Positions 1 through 11,696 of a stretch of DNA of 64,000 nucleotides are shown one piece after another. Each line of letters begins with the position of its first letter. Position 1 is the first letter of the stretch. The stretch covers positions 96,001 through 160,000 of the forward strand of contig CAVVEU010000040.1 in NCBI GenBank assembly GCA_963747235.1, written 5' to 3'. Position numbers and translations under genes: made by a program. The notes under the pieces are model-generated. The model searched no databases and was not told the DNA's origin. It saw only the letters and a program-made list of their open reading frames with translations. Source of the DNA: an uncultured Candidatus Rokubacteria bacterium. Lineage in GTDB: Bacteria > Methylomirabilota > Methylomirabilia > Rokubacteriales > CSP1-6.

Positions 1-704
1 CGAGCGCGATCACGCGGTCCGAGATGTCCATCACCACGCTCATGTCGTGCTCGATCAGCGCGATGGTGGTGCCGAACTCGTCGTTGACGTCGAGGATGAA
101 GCGGCACATGTCCTCCTTCTCCTCGACGTTCATGCCCGCCATCGGCTCGTCGAGCAGCAGGAGCTTGGGCTCGGCGGCGAGCGCGCGGGCCAGCTCCACC
201 CGCTTCTGGAGGCCGTAGGGCAGCTTGCCCGCCGAGGTCTTGCGGATGGCCTGGATCTCCAGGAAGTCGATGATGCGCTCCACGACGGCGCGGTGCTCGA
301 GCTCCTGCTTCATGGCCGGGCCCCAGTAGAGCGCCTCCAGCAGGAAGCTGCCCCGCATCTTGAGCAGCCGCCCGGTCATGATGTTGTCGAGCACGCTCAT
401 GCCCTTGAAGAGGGCCACGTTCTGGAAGGTGCGCGCCACCCCGAGGGCGGCCACGTCGTAGGGCCGGAGCGCGGTCCGGTCGCGGCCCTCGAAGAGGATC
501 TGGCCCTCGTACGGGTGGTAGAAGCCGCTGACCACGTTGAGCAGCGTGGTCTTGCCCGCCCCGTTCGGGCCCGATGATGGCCACGATCTCGCCGCGGCGG
601 ATCTCGAGGCTCACCCGCTCGAGGGCCTGCACCGCGCCGAAGCGCACGCTGATCCCGTTGACCTCGAGGAGCGGCGTGGGCGGCGGCGCGGCCGGCGCCT
701 TCAT
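1..704 (-). CDS. Branched-chain-amino-acid-type ABC transporter ATP-binding protein (LivG-like); runs off the window start, frameshifted
   Basis: Manual translation gives Walker A GPNGAGKTT, ARTFQNVALF, LPYGLQKRVELARALA, LLLDEP and IEHDM. The ATG at 704 overlaps the upstream TGA (ATGA). Confidence 0.9.
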   Translation of the reverse strand, partial: MKAPAAPPPTPLLEVNGISVRFGAVQALERVSLEIRRGEIVAIIGPERGGQDHAAQRGQRLLPPVRGPDPLRGPRPDRAPALRRGRPRGGAHLPERGPLQGHERARQHHDRAAAQDAGQLPAGGALLGPGHEAGARAPRRRGAHHRLPGDPGHPQDLGGQAALRPPEAGGAGPRARRRAQAPAARRADGGHERRGEGGHVPLHPRRQRRVRHHHRADRARHERGDGHLGPRDRA

Positions 705-2653
705 GCCGCCGCCCCCGCGCCCGCGCTCGCGAAGATCTCCGCCTCGCTGATCCGCACCGCCGCCCGCACGGTGCCGGTGCGCCCGTCCTCGTAGGTCACC
801 AGCGCCTCCACGTTGACGTGGTCGGCGGTGCCGTAGAGGGCCTCGATGAGCGGCGCGTACTTCTCGGCCACGAAGCCCCGCCGCACCTTGCGGGTGCGGG
901 TGATCTCCTGGTCGTCCGCGTCCAGCTCCTTGTGCAGGAGCAGGAAGCGCCGGATCTGGGCGCCGCGCAGCGTCTCCTCGTCGAGCAGGCTCCGGTTGAC
1001 CCGCACCACTTCCTGGCGGATCAGCTCGTAGACCTCGGGCTTCTGGGCCAGGTCCGTGTAGCTCGTGTAGGCGAGGCCGCGGCGCTCCGCCCAGTTGCCG
1101 ACCGACGGCCAGGTCGATGTTGATCAGCGCGCTCACGAAGCCGCGCCCGTGGCCCACGCACACCGCCTCCTTGACGTAGGGCGAGAACTTGAGCTTGTTC
1201 TCGAGGTACTTGGGCGCGAAGATCGTGCCCCCCGACAGCCGTCCCACGTCGCGGGCCCGGTCGATGATCTTGAGGTGGCCGTCCCGGTCGAAGAAGCCCG
1301 CGTCCCCCGAGTGCACCCAGCCGTCCTCGAGCGTCTCCCGGGTGGCCTCCGGATTCTTGTAGTAGCCCTGGAACACGCCCGGGCTCCGGTACAGCACCTC
1401 GCCGGTCTCGCTGATGCGCACCTCGACGCCGGGCAGCGGCGGGCCCACCGTGTCGAGCTTGACGTCGCCGTCCTGCTGGATGCAGATCAGCGCGCTCGAC
1501 TCGGTCATGCCGTAGAGCTGCTTCACGTTGACGCCGAGCGAGCGGTAGAACTCGAAGAGCTCGGGCCCGATCGCCTCGCCCGCGGTGTAGGCCACGCGGA
1601 TCTTGCCCATGCCCAGGTTGTCGCGGAGCGGGCCGTAGACGAGCAGCCAGCCGAGCGGGTAGAGCAGCCGGTCGAGGAGCGCGGGCGCCCGGTGCGCGAG
1701 GCGCCGGCGCTCCACCCGGCGGGCCACCCCGAGGAAGAAGTGCACCATGCGCCGCTTGACCCAGGCGGTGTCGTCCACCCGGATCATGCACCGAGGTGAG
1801 GATGTTCTCCCAGATGCGGGGCGGCGCGAAGAAGTAGGTGGGGCCGATCTCCTTGAGATCCGCCAGCACCGTGGCCGCGCTCTCCGGGCAGTTGGTGGTG
1901 AAGCCGGCCACCATCGACTGGCCGAAGGAGAACATGTGGTCGCCGATCCAGGCCATGGGCAGGTACGCCATGACCTCCTCGGCGTCCGTGAGGCGCTCGC
2001 GCTCGATGGCGCTGCGCGCGGTCTCGATCAGGTTGCGGTGCGAGAGCATCGCGCCCTTGGGCTGCCCGGTGGTCCCCGAGGTGTAGGCGATGACCGCGGT
2101 GTCCTCGGCCGCGCCCCTGGCCACCTCCTGGTCGAAGTAGCCCGGGTTGTCCTGGGCGAACTTGCGGCCGCGCTCCTTGAGCTCCTCGAGGCTCAGCAGG
2201 CAGGGATCCTGGTAGTGCCGGAGGCCGCGCGGCGTCGTCGTAGACGATCCACTCGAGCCGCGGGCACTGCGCGCGGACGTGCAGCAGCTTGTCCACCTGC
2301 TCCTGGTCCTCGACCACCGCGAAGCGCACCTCCGCGTGGTCGACGATGTACTGCATCTCCTTCTCGATCGAGTCCTGGTAGAGCGGCACCGGGATCCCGC
2401 CGAGCGCCTGCGTGGCCAGCATGGCCCAGTAGAGCTGGGGCCGGTTGTCGCCGACCACCGCGGTCTTGTCACCCCGGGCGAAGCCGAGCGCGGCCAGGCC
2501 CAGCGCGATGAGGCGGGCCTGCTCGACGTACTGGCTCCACGTGTGCGATTGCCAGATGCCCAGATCCTTCTCCCGGATGGCGACCTTCCGCGGAAGGCGC
2601 TCCGCGTTGCGGAGGGCCAGCTTCGGGAAGGTGTCGAGGCCCGGGTCGAGCAT
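701..2653 (-). CDS. Long-chain fatty-acid--CoA ligase (AMP-binding family); frameshifted
   Basis: AMP-binding motif YTSGTTGQPKG, C-terminal ELDADDQEITRTRKVRR and N-terminal REKDLGIWQ, spread over ORFs 1784..2653, 1021..2472 and 701..1009. Confidence 0.9.
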
Positions 2654-2782
2654 CAGGCGCGCGTGCGGGTGCGGATCGCGCGCGGCCGCGCGCGGCGAAG
2701 CTCACCTGCACCGTTGGAGAGAGTCTTCCCGCTCATCAGGCTCCATCAGGAGCACCCGCGCTGGGGGTGATAAAGTGGCGAA

Positions 2783-2811
2783 AGTCTAGCCCAGGGCCCC
2801 GGGGGTGTCAA
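2783..2811 (-). promoter_or_regulatory. Sigma70-type promoter for the acyl-CoA ligase/ABC operon
   Basis: Minus strand reads TTGACA-N17-TAGACT. Confidence 0.7.
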
Positions 2812-2816
2812 GGACT

Positions 2817-3190
2817 TTGCCCACCAAGACAAGGGTTTACAGCGCTCTTTCTGGCCGCCGCCTGCCTGGTCGGGGCGCTCGGGGCCGCCGCGCCGGGCCG
2901 GGCCCAGTCCGAGCCCGATTGCGCCCGGCCGGCCCAGGGGCGCGAGCTGATCGCCCGGCTCCGGCTGGCCGAGATCGAGGGCGCCGAGGACATCCACCGG
3001 GCCGCCATGTGGGAGGCCTTCGGCCGCTGCCCCGAAGGCGCCGCGGGCACCCCCTGCCGGACCGCGGAGCGGCAGCGCTTCGAGACCGAGTGGGAGGGGA
3101 AGCGGGCCCGGATCGAGGCGAAGTACCGGGCGGTCCTGAGCGATTTCGAGCGGCGGTGCCGGGCCCATCATCAGCCGGGGGCCTCTCAGA
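2817..3190 (+). CDS. Hypothetical small secreted protein with four Cys in the mature part; ends uncertain
   Basis: Signal-peptide-like FTALFLAAACLVGALGAAAPGRAQ followed by a helical domain (part of ORF 2767..3309). Confidence 0.5.
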
Positions 3191-4142
3191 GCGGCTTCTT
3201 GATCACCCGGGCCAGCTCGCCCACCACGCCGCGCCGGAAGGCCAGCACGCAGAGCACGAAGATGATCCCCTGCACGACGGTCACCCAGGCCCCGAGCTGG
3301 GCCAGGTAGTTCTCGAGCGCGATCACGATGACCGCGCCGACCACGGGGCCGAACACCGTGCCGAGGCCGCCCAGCAGGGTCATGAGCACGACCTCGCCCG
3401 ACATGGTCCAGTGCACGTCGGTGAGCGAGGCGAGCTGGAAGACGATGGCCTTGGTGCCGCCGGCCAGCCCGGAGAGCCCGGCGGAGAGCACGAAGGCGAT
3501 GAGCTTGTAGCGCTCGGCCTGGTAGCCCAGCGAGAGCGCGCGCGGCTCGTTCTCCCGGATCGCCTTCAGCACCTGGCCGAACGGCGAGTGGATGGTCCGG
3601 TAGATGAGCAGGAACCCGCCCAGGAAGATCGCGAGCACGACGAAGTACATGACGAGCGTGTTGCGCAGGTCGAGGAAGCCGAGCAGCATCCCGCGCGGCA
3701 CCGCCTGGATGCCGTCCTCGCCGTGGGTGAACGGGGCCTGCAGGCAGAAGAAGTAGAGCATCTGGGCCAGCGCCAGCGTGATCATCGCGAAGTAGATGCC
3801 CTGCCGCCGGATGGCCAGCGCGCCGATCGCGAGCCCGAGCAGCGCGGCGGTCACGCGTGCCGAGCAGGATGGCCAGCTCCGGCGGCCAGCCCCACACCTT
3901 GGCCGCGTGCGCGGTGACGTAGCCGGCCGAGCCCAGGAAGACCGCGTGGCCGAAGGAGAGCAGCCCCACGTAGCCGATCAGCAGGTTGAAGGCGCACGCG
4001 AAGAGGGCGAAGCAGAGCGCCTTCATGAGGAAGACCGGGTAGACGACGAACGGGCGCCACCACGAAGGACGGCCACCATCACCGCGAAGCCACGACTGGC
4101 GGCGTCCGGGCGTGCGCGGGCACGGCTCGCCATGCCGTCCAT
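3186..4142 (-). CDS. livM: Branched-chain amino acid ABC permease (LivM-like); frameshifted
   Basis: FNLLIGYVGLLSFGHA, GIYFAMITLA, AIRENEPRALSLG, GGLGTVFGP. Confidence 0.88.
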
Positions 4143-5023
4143 CTGGCGCCCGCCCGAAGAGGCCGGCCGGCCTCACCAGCAGCACGAGGGCCATGATCAC
4201 GAAGATCACGGTGTTCGACGCCTCGGGGTAGAACACCTTGGTCAGCCCCTCGACCAGGCCCGAGCCCGAAGCCGGTGACGATCGAGCCCATGATCGAGCC
4301 CATGCCGCCGATCACGACGACCGCGAACACCACGATGATCAGGTCGGCGCCCATCAGCGGGTTGACCTGGTAGATCGGCGCGGCGAGCACGCCGGCCAGC
4401 GCGGCCAGCGCGACGCCGAAGCCGTAGGTGAGCGTGATCATGCGCGGCACGTTGATGCCGAAGGCCTGCACCAGCGCCGGGTTCTCGGTGGCCGCGCGCA
4501 GGTAGGAGCCGAGCTTGGTGCGCTCGATGACGAACCAGGTGGCCAGGCAGACGCCGAGCGAGAACACGATGACCCACGCCCGGTAGTTCGGCAGGAACAT
4601 GAAGCCGAGGTTGCGGCCGCCGGTGAGCTGGGCGGGGATGGCGTAGGGCAGGCCCGAGGAGCCGAACTCGTGGCGGAAGATGCCCTGGATGATCAGCGCC
4701 GAGGCCGAAGGTGAGGAGGAGGCCGTAGAGGTGGTCGAGGTCGTAGAGGCGCTTGAGCAGGTGCGCTCGAGCACGATGCCGACCACCCCGACCGCCACCG
4801 GCGCCAGCAGCAGGGCCCACCAGTAGCCGAGCCCCGCGTACTGCAGCAGGAAGTACGCCGCGAACGCGCCCATCATGTACTGGGCGCCGTGGGTGAAGTT
4901 GATGATGTTGAGCAGGCCGAAGATGACGGACAGCCCGAGGCTCAGCATCGCGTAGAACGAGCCGTTGATCAGCCCGATCAGGAGCTGGCCGAACAGCGCC
5001 TGCGGCGGGATCCCGAAGATCAC
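4140..5023 (-). CDS. livH: Branched-chain amino acid ABC permease (LivH-like); frameshifted
   Basis: LGLSVIFGLLNIINFTHG, RAATENPALVQAFGINV, VVVIGGMGS. Confidence 0.88.
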
Positions 5024-5034
5024 GGTGTGAGCCT

Positions 5035-5068
5035 CCCCACCCAGCCCTCTGCCGGCGCGGGGAGAGGG
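5035..5068. repeat. Intergenic REP-like hairpin between the binding-protein and permease genes
   Basis: CCCTCT-N12-AGAGGG stem at 5045-5068, preceded by CCCCACCC; typical position of an mRNA-stabilising stem after an SBP gene. Confidence 0.4.
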
Positions 5069-5101
5069 TGCGAGCCCGTCCCCCGAGGCGGTGACTCTCG
5101 G

Positions 5102-6319
5102 CTACTTCTTCACCAGCGGGCAGTCGCCCTGGTCGAGGGGCCGGAACGCCTGGTCCGCCGGGATCGTCGCGCGGATCTTGTAGTAGTCCCACGGGCCCTT
5201 CGACTCCGACGGCTTCTTGACCTCGAAGAGGTACATGGGGTGGATCTTGCGGCCGTCGGCGCGGATCGAGCCCTTGCCGAACAGCGGATCGTCGGTGGGC
5301 ATCTCCTTCATCTTGGCGATGACCTTGGTGCCGTCGTCGCCCTTGAGCGCCTCCACCGCCTTCAGGTAGTGCAGCGTCGCCGGAGTACACCCCGGCGTGG
5401 ATCATGGTCGGGTGGATGCCGCGGTCCCGCTCGGCGAAGCGCTTGGCGAAGGCGCGCGTCTTGTCGTTCATGTCCCAGTAGAAGGCCTCGGTGAAGATCA
5501 GCCCCTGGGCCTTCTGCAGGCCGAGCGCGTGCACGTCGGTGATGAACACGAGCAGGCCGGCGAGGTTCTGGCCGCCCTTGACGATGCCGAACTCGGCGGC
5601 CTGCTTGATGGCGTTGGTGGTGTCGCCGCCCGCGTTGGCGAGCCCGATGATCTTGGCCTTGGAGGCCTGGGCCTGGAGCAGGAACGAGGAGAAGTCGGCG
5701 GTGTTGAGCGGGTGCCGCACCTTGCCCAGCACCTTGCCGCCGTTCTTCAGCACCACCGCCTCGGTGTCGCGCTCGAGCGCGTGGCCGAAGGCGTAGTCCG
5801 CGGTGATGAAGAACCACGTGTCGCCGCCGGTCTTCACGATGGCGCTGCCGGTGCCGTTGGCGAGCGCCCAGGTGTCGTAGGTCCAGTGGATGGTGTTGGG
5901 CGAGCACGCCTTGCCGGTCAGGTCGGAGGAGGCCGCCGCCGGAGACGAGGAACGCCTTGTCCTTCTCCCGGGCGATCTGGTTGACCGCGAGGGCGACCGC
6001 CGGAGTTCGGCACGTCCACGATCACGTCCACCTTGTCGGCGTCGTACCACTGCCGCGCGATGCTCGAGCCGACGTCGGCCTTGTTCTGGTGGTCGGCCGA
6101 GACGATCTCGACCTTCATGCCCTTCTCCGCGGCGCCGAAGTCCTCCACCGCCATCCGGGCCGCGACCACCGAGCCCTGGCCGGCGAGGTCGGCGTAGAGG
6201 CTCGACTGGTCGTTGAGCACGCCGATCTTGATGATCCCGTCGGAGACCTGGGCCTGGGCGGCGGGCGCGGCGACGAGCCCGATCGCGGCCATGATGACGA
6301 GCAGCCGGTTCTTGCGCAT
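5102..6319 (-). CDS. ABC transporter substrate-binding protein (LivK/LivJ family); frameshifted
   Basis: Signal peptide, IKIGVLNDQSSLYAD, ADHQNKAD, TADYAFGHALE; RBS AAAGGAG upstream. Confidence 0.9.
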
Positions 6320-6363
6320 GCGTTGCTCCTTTCGTTCGGTTGACTGCGACGTGGGACGGGCGA

Positions 6364-7075
<712 letters not shown>

Positions 7076-7079
<4 letters not shown>

Positions 7080-7830
7080 GGCCGGCGCCCAGGTAGGCCT
7101 GGACGACCTCGGGGTTGCGCGACACCGCGGCGTAGTCGCCCTCGGCCAGCACCTCGCCGCGGGCCAGCACGGTGATGGTGTCGGAGAGGTGCTCCACCAC
7201 GCTCAGGTTGTGCTCGACCATGAGCACGGTGCGGTTGCGCGGCCACCTGCTGGATCAGGGCCGAGATGCGGTCCACGTCCTCGTGGGCCATGCCCGCGGT
7301 GGGCTCGTCGAGCAGCATCATCTCGGGCTCGAGCGCGAGCGTGGTGGCGATCTCGAGCGCGCGCTTGCGCCCGTAGGGCAGCTCGACCGCGGGCGTGGCC
7401 TCGAAGGCGGCGAGGCCGACCGCGTCGAGCAGCTCCCGGGCCCGGCTCGTGAAAGGCGTCGAGGACCCGCTCCGAGCGCCAGAAGTCGAAGGACCGCCCG
7501 CGCCGCGCGCTGCAGCGCGATGCGCACGTTCTCCAGCACGGTGAGGTGCGGGAACACCGCCGAGATCTGGAAGGAGCGCACGAGCCCGAGCCGCGCGATG
7601 TCGGCGGGCCGCGAGCCCGTGATGTCGCGCCCGTTGAAGGTGATGCGCCCGCGCGTCGGCGCCAGGAAGTGGGTCAGCAGGTTGAAGCAGGTGGTCTTGC
7701 CCGCCCCGTTCGGCCCGATCAGCGCGTGGATGGTCCCGCGGCGCACCCGGAGGCTCACGTCCTTGACCGCGACGAAGCCGCGGAACTCCTTGGTCAGCCC
7801 CCGCGTCTCCAGGATGACGTCGTCGGTCAT
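7076..7830 (-). CDS. livG: ABC ATP-binding protein (LivG-like); frameshifted
   Basis: GPNGAGKTT, LVRSFQIS, LPYGRKRALEIA, LLDEPTAG. Confidence 0.88.
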
Positions 7831-8629
7831 CAGGCCGCCGCGGGACCGCCGCGCCGGACGGCGGCGGGTAGAAGCGCGGCTCCCGCCGCTCGTCCCAGGC
7901 CCGGTTGGCCTGCTCCATCTCCCAGGAGGTCATGCACTCGTGCTGGGCCCGCATCACGTCCTCGATCATCTCGCGCGGGTCCCGGTGGAAGGAGGCGTGC
8001 AGCAGCCGCTTGGCGTGGCCGGTCGCGGTGCGCGAGGAGTGGAACGCCTTCTCGACGATGCCCGCGAGCGCCGCGTCCACGCCGGCCGGCTCCACCACCC
8101 AGTTGACCAGGCCCATGGCGAGGGCGGCCTCCGGCGTCACGTGGTCGTTGAGCAGGGTCAGCTCCTTGGCGCGGCCGAGGCCGATCAGGCGGGCCAGGCG
8201 GAGGATCGAGCCGTCCGGGACGAGGCCGTGGCGGGTCGCGCCCAGGCCGAGGATGGCGTCGGTGGTGGCCATCCGCAGGTCGCAGGCGACCGCGAGCTGG
8301 AGCCCGCCGCCGATGGAGTAGCCGTGGAGCACCGAGACCACGATCTTGTCCATGTCCTCGAGGCAGTTCAGCGCGCGGGCCCAGTTCCGGTAGAACGCCT
8401 CGTCGATCCCGCCCGCCGACAGCACCGTGCGGTCCATGCCCGAGCAGAACGCCCGGCCCGCGCCCCGCACCACCACCACCCACACGTCCGCGTCGCGGGC
8501 CGCCGTCTCCGCCGCGTCGGCCAGCTCCGCGGACATCGCCAGGTCCAGCGCGTTGAGCACGCGCGGCCGGTTCAGCGTGATGGTGGCCACCCCGTCGCCC
8601 GCCGCGTAGAGCACGCTCGGCTCGGCCAC
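7830..8629 (-). CDS. Enoyl-CoA hydratase/isomerase (crotonase) family protein
   Basis: ITLNRPRVLNAL, GRAFCSGMD and HGYSIGGGLQLAVACDLR within ORF 7076..9520. Confidence 0.85.
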
Positions 8630-8631
8630 GC

Positions 8632-9780
8632 TCAGCTCCGCGCGCCCAGGATGTCGCGGGCGATGACCATCCGCTGGACCTCGGAGGTGCCCTCGCCGAT
8701 CTCGGTGAGCTTGGCGTCGCGGAAGATCCGCTCGATGGGGAACTCGGTGATGTAGCCGGCCCCGCCGTGGATCTGGAGCGCCTTGGTCGCCGCCTTCATG
8801 GCCACCTCGGAGGCGAAGACCTTGGCCATCGAGGCCGCGACCTTGGCCGGGCGGCCGGCGTCCTTGAGCACCGCGGCCCGCAGGGTCAGGAGCCGGGCCG
8901 CCTCCACCTCGGTGCCGATGTCCGCGATCATCCCCTGCAGCCCGTTGAACTCGGCCAGGGTCTTGCCGAAGGCGGAGCGCTGCTTCATGTACTTGAGCGC
9001 CTCGTCGAGCGCGCCCTGGGCGATCCCCACCGCCATCGCGGCCATCGCGATGCGGCCGCCCTCGAGCACCTGCATGGTGTTGACGAAGCCCATGTCGCGC
9101 TCGCCGCAGAGGGCGGTCGCGGGGAGGTGCACGTTGTCGAGGTGGAGCTCGGCGGTATTCGACGCGTGCAGGCCGAGCTTCCGGTACGGCTTCCCGGCCG
9201 TGAATCCGGGCGCGCCCCGCTCGAGGATGAAGGCGGAGATGCCCTTGTTGCCGCGCGCCGGATCGGTCACCGCCATCACCACCGCGATCTCGGCCACGCC
9301 CGCGTTGGTGATGAAGGCCTTGCTCCCGTTGAGCACGAAGTGATCGCCCTCCGCGACCGCGCGCGAGCGCATCGCGGCCGCGTCGGAGCCGGAGCCGGGC
9401 TCGGTGAGCCCCCACGCGCCCAGCGCCTCGCCGCGGGCCAGACGCGGCAGGTAGGCCGCCTTCTGCGCGGGCGAGCCGAAGAGCGCGATGTGGTTGGTGC
9501 AGAGCGAGTTGTGGGCCCACATCGTGATGCCGACGGAGGCGTCCACCCGGTTCAGCTCCTCCACCGCGAGGGCGTAGGAGACGTAGTCGAGCGCCGCGCC
9601 GCCGTACTCCTCGGGCACCAGCGCGCCCAGGAGCCCGGTGCCCGCGAGCTTGGCCATGATCTCGTGCGGGAACTCCTGGACCTCGTCGTAGTGGTGAATC
9701 ACCGGCGCGACCTCGCGCTCCGCGAAATCGCGGGCGAGGGCCCGCACCTCCTGCTGCTCCGGGGTGAGGGCGAAGTTCAC
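8632..9780 (-). CDS. Acyl-CoA dehydrogenase
   Basis: WGLTEPGSGSDA, LNGSKAFITN, QIHGGAGY, IGEGTSEVQR. Confidence 0.95.
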   Translation of the reverse strand: MNFALTPEQQEVRALARDFAEREVAPVIHHYDEVQEFPHEIMAKLAGTGLLGALVPEEYGGAALDYVSYALAVEELNRVDASVGITMWAHNSLCTNHIALFGSPAQKAAYLPRLARGEALGAWGLTEPGSGSDAAAMRSRAVAEGDHFVLNGSKAFITNAGVAEIAVVMAVTDPARGNKGISAFILERGAPGFTAGKPYRKLGLHASNTAELHLDNVHLPATALCGERDMGFVNTMQVLEGGRIAMAAMAVGIAQGALDEALKYMKQRSAFGKTLAEFNGLQGMIADIGTEVEAARLLTLRAAVLKDAGRPAKVAASMAKVFASEVAMKAATKALQIHGGAGYITEFPIERIFRDAKLTEIGEGTSEVQRMVIARDILGARS

Positions 9781-10185
9781 TTAGGCAACCGCGCGGATGT
9801 TCTCGCGCACGAACCGGATGATGTCCTGAGTCGAGGTGCCGGGGGTGAACAGCTCCTTGACCCCGAGGGCCTTGAGGGCCCGGATGTCCTCCTGCGGGAT
9901 GATGCCGCCGCCGAACACCGCGATGTCGTCCGCGCCCTTCTCCTTGAGCAGGTCGAGCACGCGCCCGAAGAGATAGTTGTGGGCCCCCGAGAGCACCGAG
10001 AGCCCGACCGCGTCCACGTCCTCCTGCACCGCGGTCGCCACGATCTGCTCCGGCGTCTGGTGCAGGCCCGTGTAGATGACCTCGAAGCCCGCGTCCCGGA
10101 GGGCGCGCGCCACGATCTTCGCGCCGCGGTCGTGCCCGTCGAGCCCCGGCTTGGCCACCAGCACGCGCACCTTGCGCTCGGCCAT
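9781..10185 (-). CDS. icmB: Cobalamin-binding small subunit of an acyl-CoA mutase (IcmB/MCM C-terminal domain)
   Basis: B12-binding motif GLDGHDRG (DxHxxG), SVLSGAH and GGGIIP. Confidence 0.85.
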   Translation of the reverse strand: MAERKVRVLVAKPGLDGHDRGAKIVARALRDAGFEVIYTGLHQTPEQIVATAVQEDVDAVGLSVLSGAHNYLFGRVLDLLKEKGADDIAVFGGGIIPQEDIRALKALGVKELFTPGTSTQDIIRFVRENIRAVA

Positions 10186-10187
10186 GA

Positions 10188-10601
10188 TCAGTGCAGGAGC
10201 GCCCGCAGGCGCTCCCCCGCTTTCATGATCTGCTCGCGGTTGCCCGGCACCAGCCGCCAGTCGAAGCCCTTGCCGTCGTTGGCCCAGCGCGGGATCAGGT
10301 GCAGGTGGTAGTGCAGGACGGACTGGAACGCGGCCGCCCCGTTGGCCTGCAGCATGTTGAGCCCGTCGGGCTTGAGCGCCTCCCGGATCGCCAGGGCCAC
10401 CCGCTGGGCGGTGGCGATGGCGGCCTGGAGATCCTCGACCTCGGCCTCGAAGAGATTCGGGGCGTGGGCCTTGGTGATCACCAGGCAGTGGCCCGAGTTG
10501 AGCGGGTTGATGTCCATGAAGACCAGGGTCTTGTCGTCCTCGAAGATCTTCATCGAGGGGATCTGGCCGTCCCGGATCTTGCAGAATACGCAGTCGGTCA
10601 T
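10188..10601 (-). CDS. HIT family protein
   Basis: N-terminal CVFCKI and histidine triad HYHLHLIPR. Confidence 0.93.
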   Translation of the reverse strand: MTDCVFCKIRDGQIPSMKIFEDDKTLVFMDINPLNSGHCLVITKAHAPNLFEAEVEDLQAAIATAQRVALAIREALKPDGLNMLQANGAAAFQSVLHYHLHLIPRWANDGKGFDWRLVPGNREQIMKAGERLRALLH

Positions 10602-10614
10602 CGTGACCCTCCGC

Positions 10615-11682
10615 TCAGATCGTGAGCGTCCAGCCGTCTGGGTCGGGCGCCTGCCCGTACTGGATGGCCACGATGGCGTCGTAGAGCCGCTGGGTCAGCG
10701 GCCCGATCTTCCCGCCGTTGATCACCATCTTCCGGCCCTTGTAGGCCAGCTCGCCCACCGGCGAGATGACCGCCGCGGTGCCGGTGCCCCACACCTCGTC
10801 CAGCTTGCCGCGCTCGTGGGCCTCCACCACCTCGTCGATCGAGACCTGCCGCTCGCTCACCTTGAGCCCCCACTTGCGCATCAGGGCCAGCGAGGAATCG
10901 CGGGTGACGCCGGGCAGGATGGTCCCGGTCAGCGGCGGGGTGATGATCTCGTCGCCGATCTTCACCATGATGTTCATGGTGCCGACCTCGTCGAGGTACT
11001 TCCGGTGGACGCCGTCGAGCCACAGCACCTGGGTGAAGCCTTCGTGCTTCGCCTCGTCGCTCGCGAAGAGGCTCGCCGCGTAGTTGCCGGAGGTCTTGGC
11101 GCCGCCCACCCCGCCGTCCACCGCGCGCACGTACTTGTCCACCACCAGGATCTTCACCGGCGCCATGCCCTCCGGATAGTAGGCGCCCACCGGGGAGAGG
11201 ATGACGAAGTAGATGTAGGACTTGGCCGGCCGCACCCCGAGGAACGCCTCGCTCGCGATGATGGTGGGCCGGATGTAGAGCGAGGTGCCCACCGTGCTCG
11301 GCACCCAGTCGCGATCGACGTCCACGAGGCGGACGATGGACTGTAGCGCCATGTCCGCGTCGAGCGGCGGGATGCAGAGGCGCCGCGCCGAGCCGTTCAT
11401 GCGCTCCACGTGCTTGCCGGGCCGGAAGAGCCGGATCTTGCCGTCCACGCCGCGGAACGCCTTGAGGCCGTCGAAGATGGCCTGGGCGTAGTGCAGCACC
11501 GCGGTGGCCGGGTCGAGCGAGAGCGGCCCGTACGGCTCGACGCGCGGGTCGTACCAGCCCTTCTCTTCCTGGAAGTCGGCCAGGAACATGTGGTCGGTGA
11601 AGATCTGCCCGAATCCCAGGTCGGCGTCCTTCGGCTTGGGCTTGCGGGTGGTCGCACGGTTGATCCGGATCGGCTCGGTCAT
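10615..11682 (-). CDS. ilvE: Branched-chain amino acid aminotransferase
   Basis: [60 protein letters not shown]. Confidence 0.95.
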   Translation of the reverse strand: MTEPIRINRATTRKPKPKDADLGFGQIFTDHMFLADFQEEKGWYDPRVEPYGPLSLDPATAVLHYAQAIFDGLKAFRGVDGKIRLFRPGKHVERMNGSARRLCIPPLDADMALQSIVRLVDVDRDWVPSTVGTSLYIRPTIIASEAFLGVRPAKSYIYFVILSPVGAYYPEGMAPVKILVVDKYVRAVDGGVGGAKTSGNYAASLFASDEAKHEGFTQVLWLDGVHRKYLDEVGTMNIMVKIGDEIITPPLTGTILPGVTRDSSLALMRKWGLKVSERQVSIDEVVEAHERGKLDEVWGTGTAAVISPVGELAYKGRKMVINGGKIGPLTQRLYDAIVAIQYGQAPDPDGWTLTI

Positions 11683-11696
11683 GGTTTGGCTCCCCC

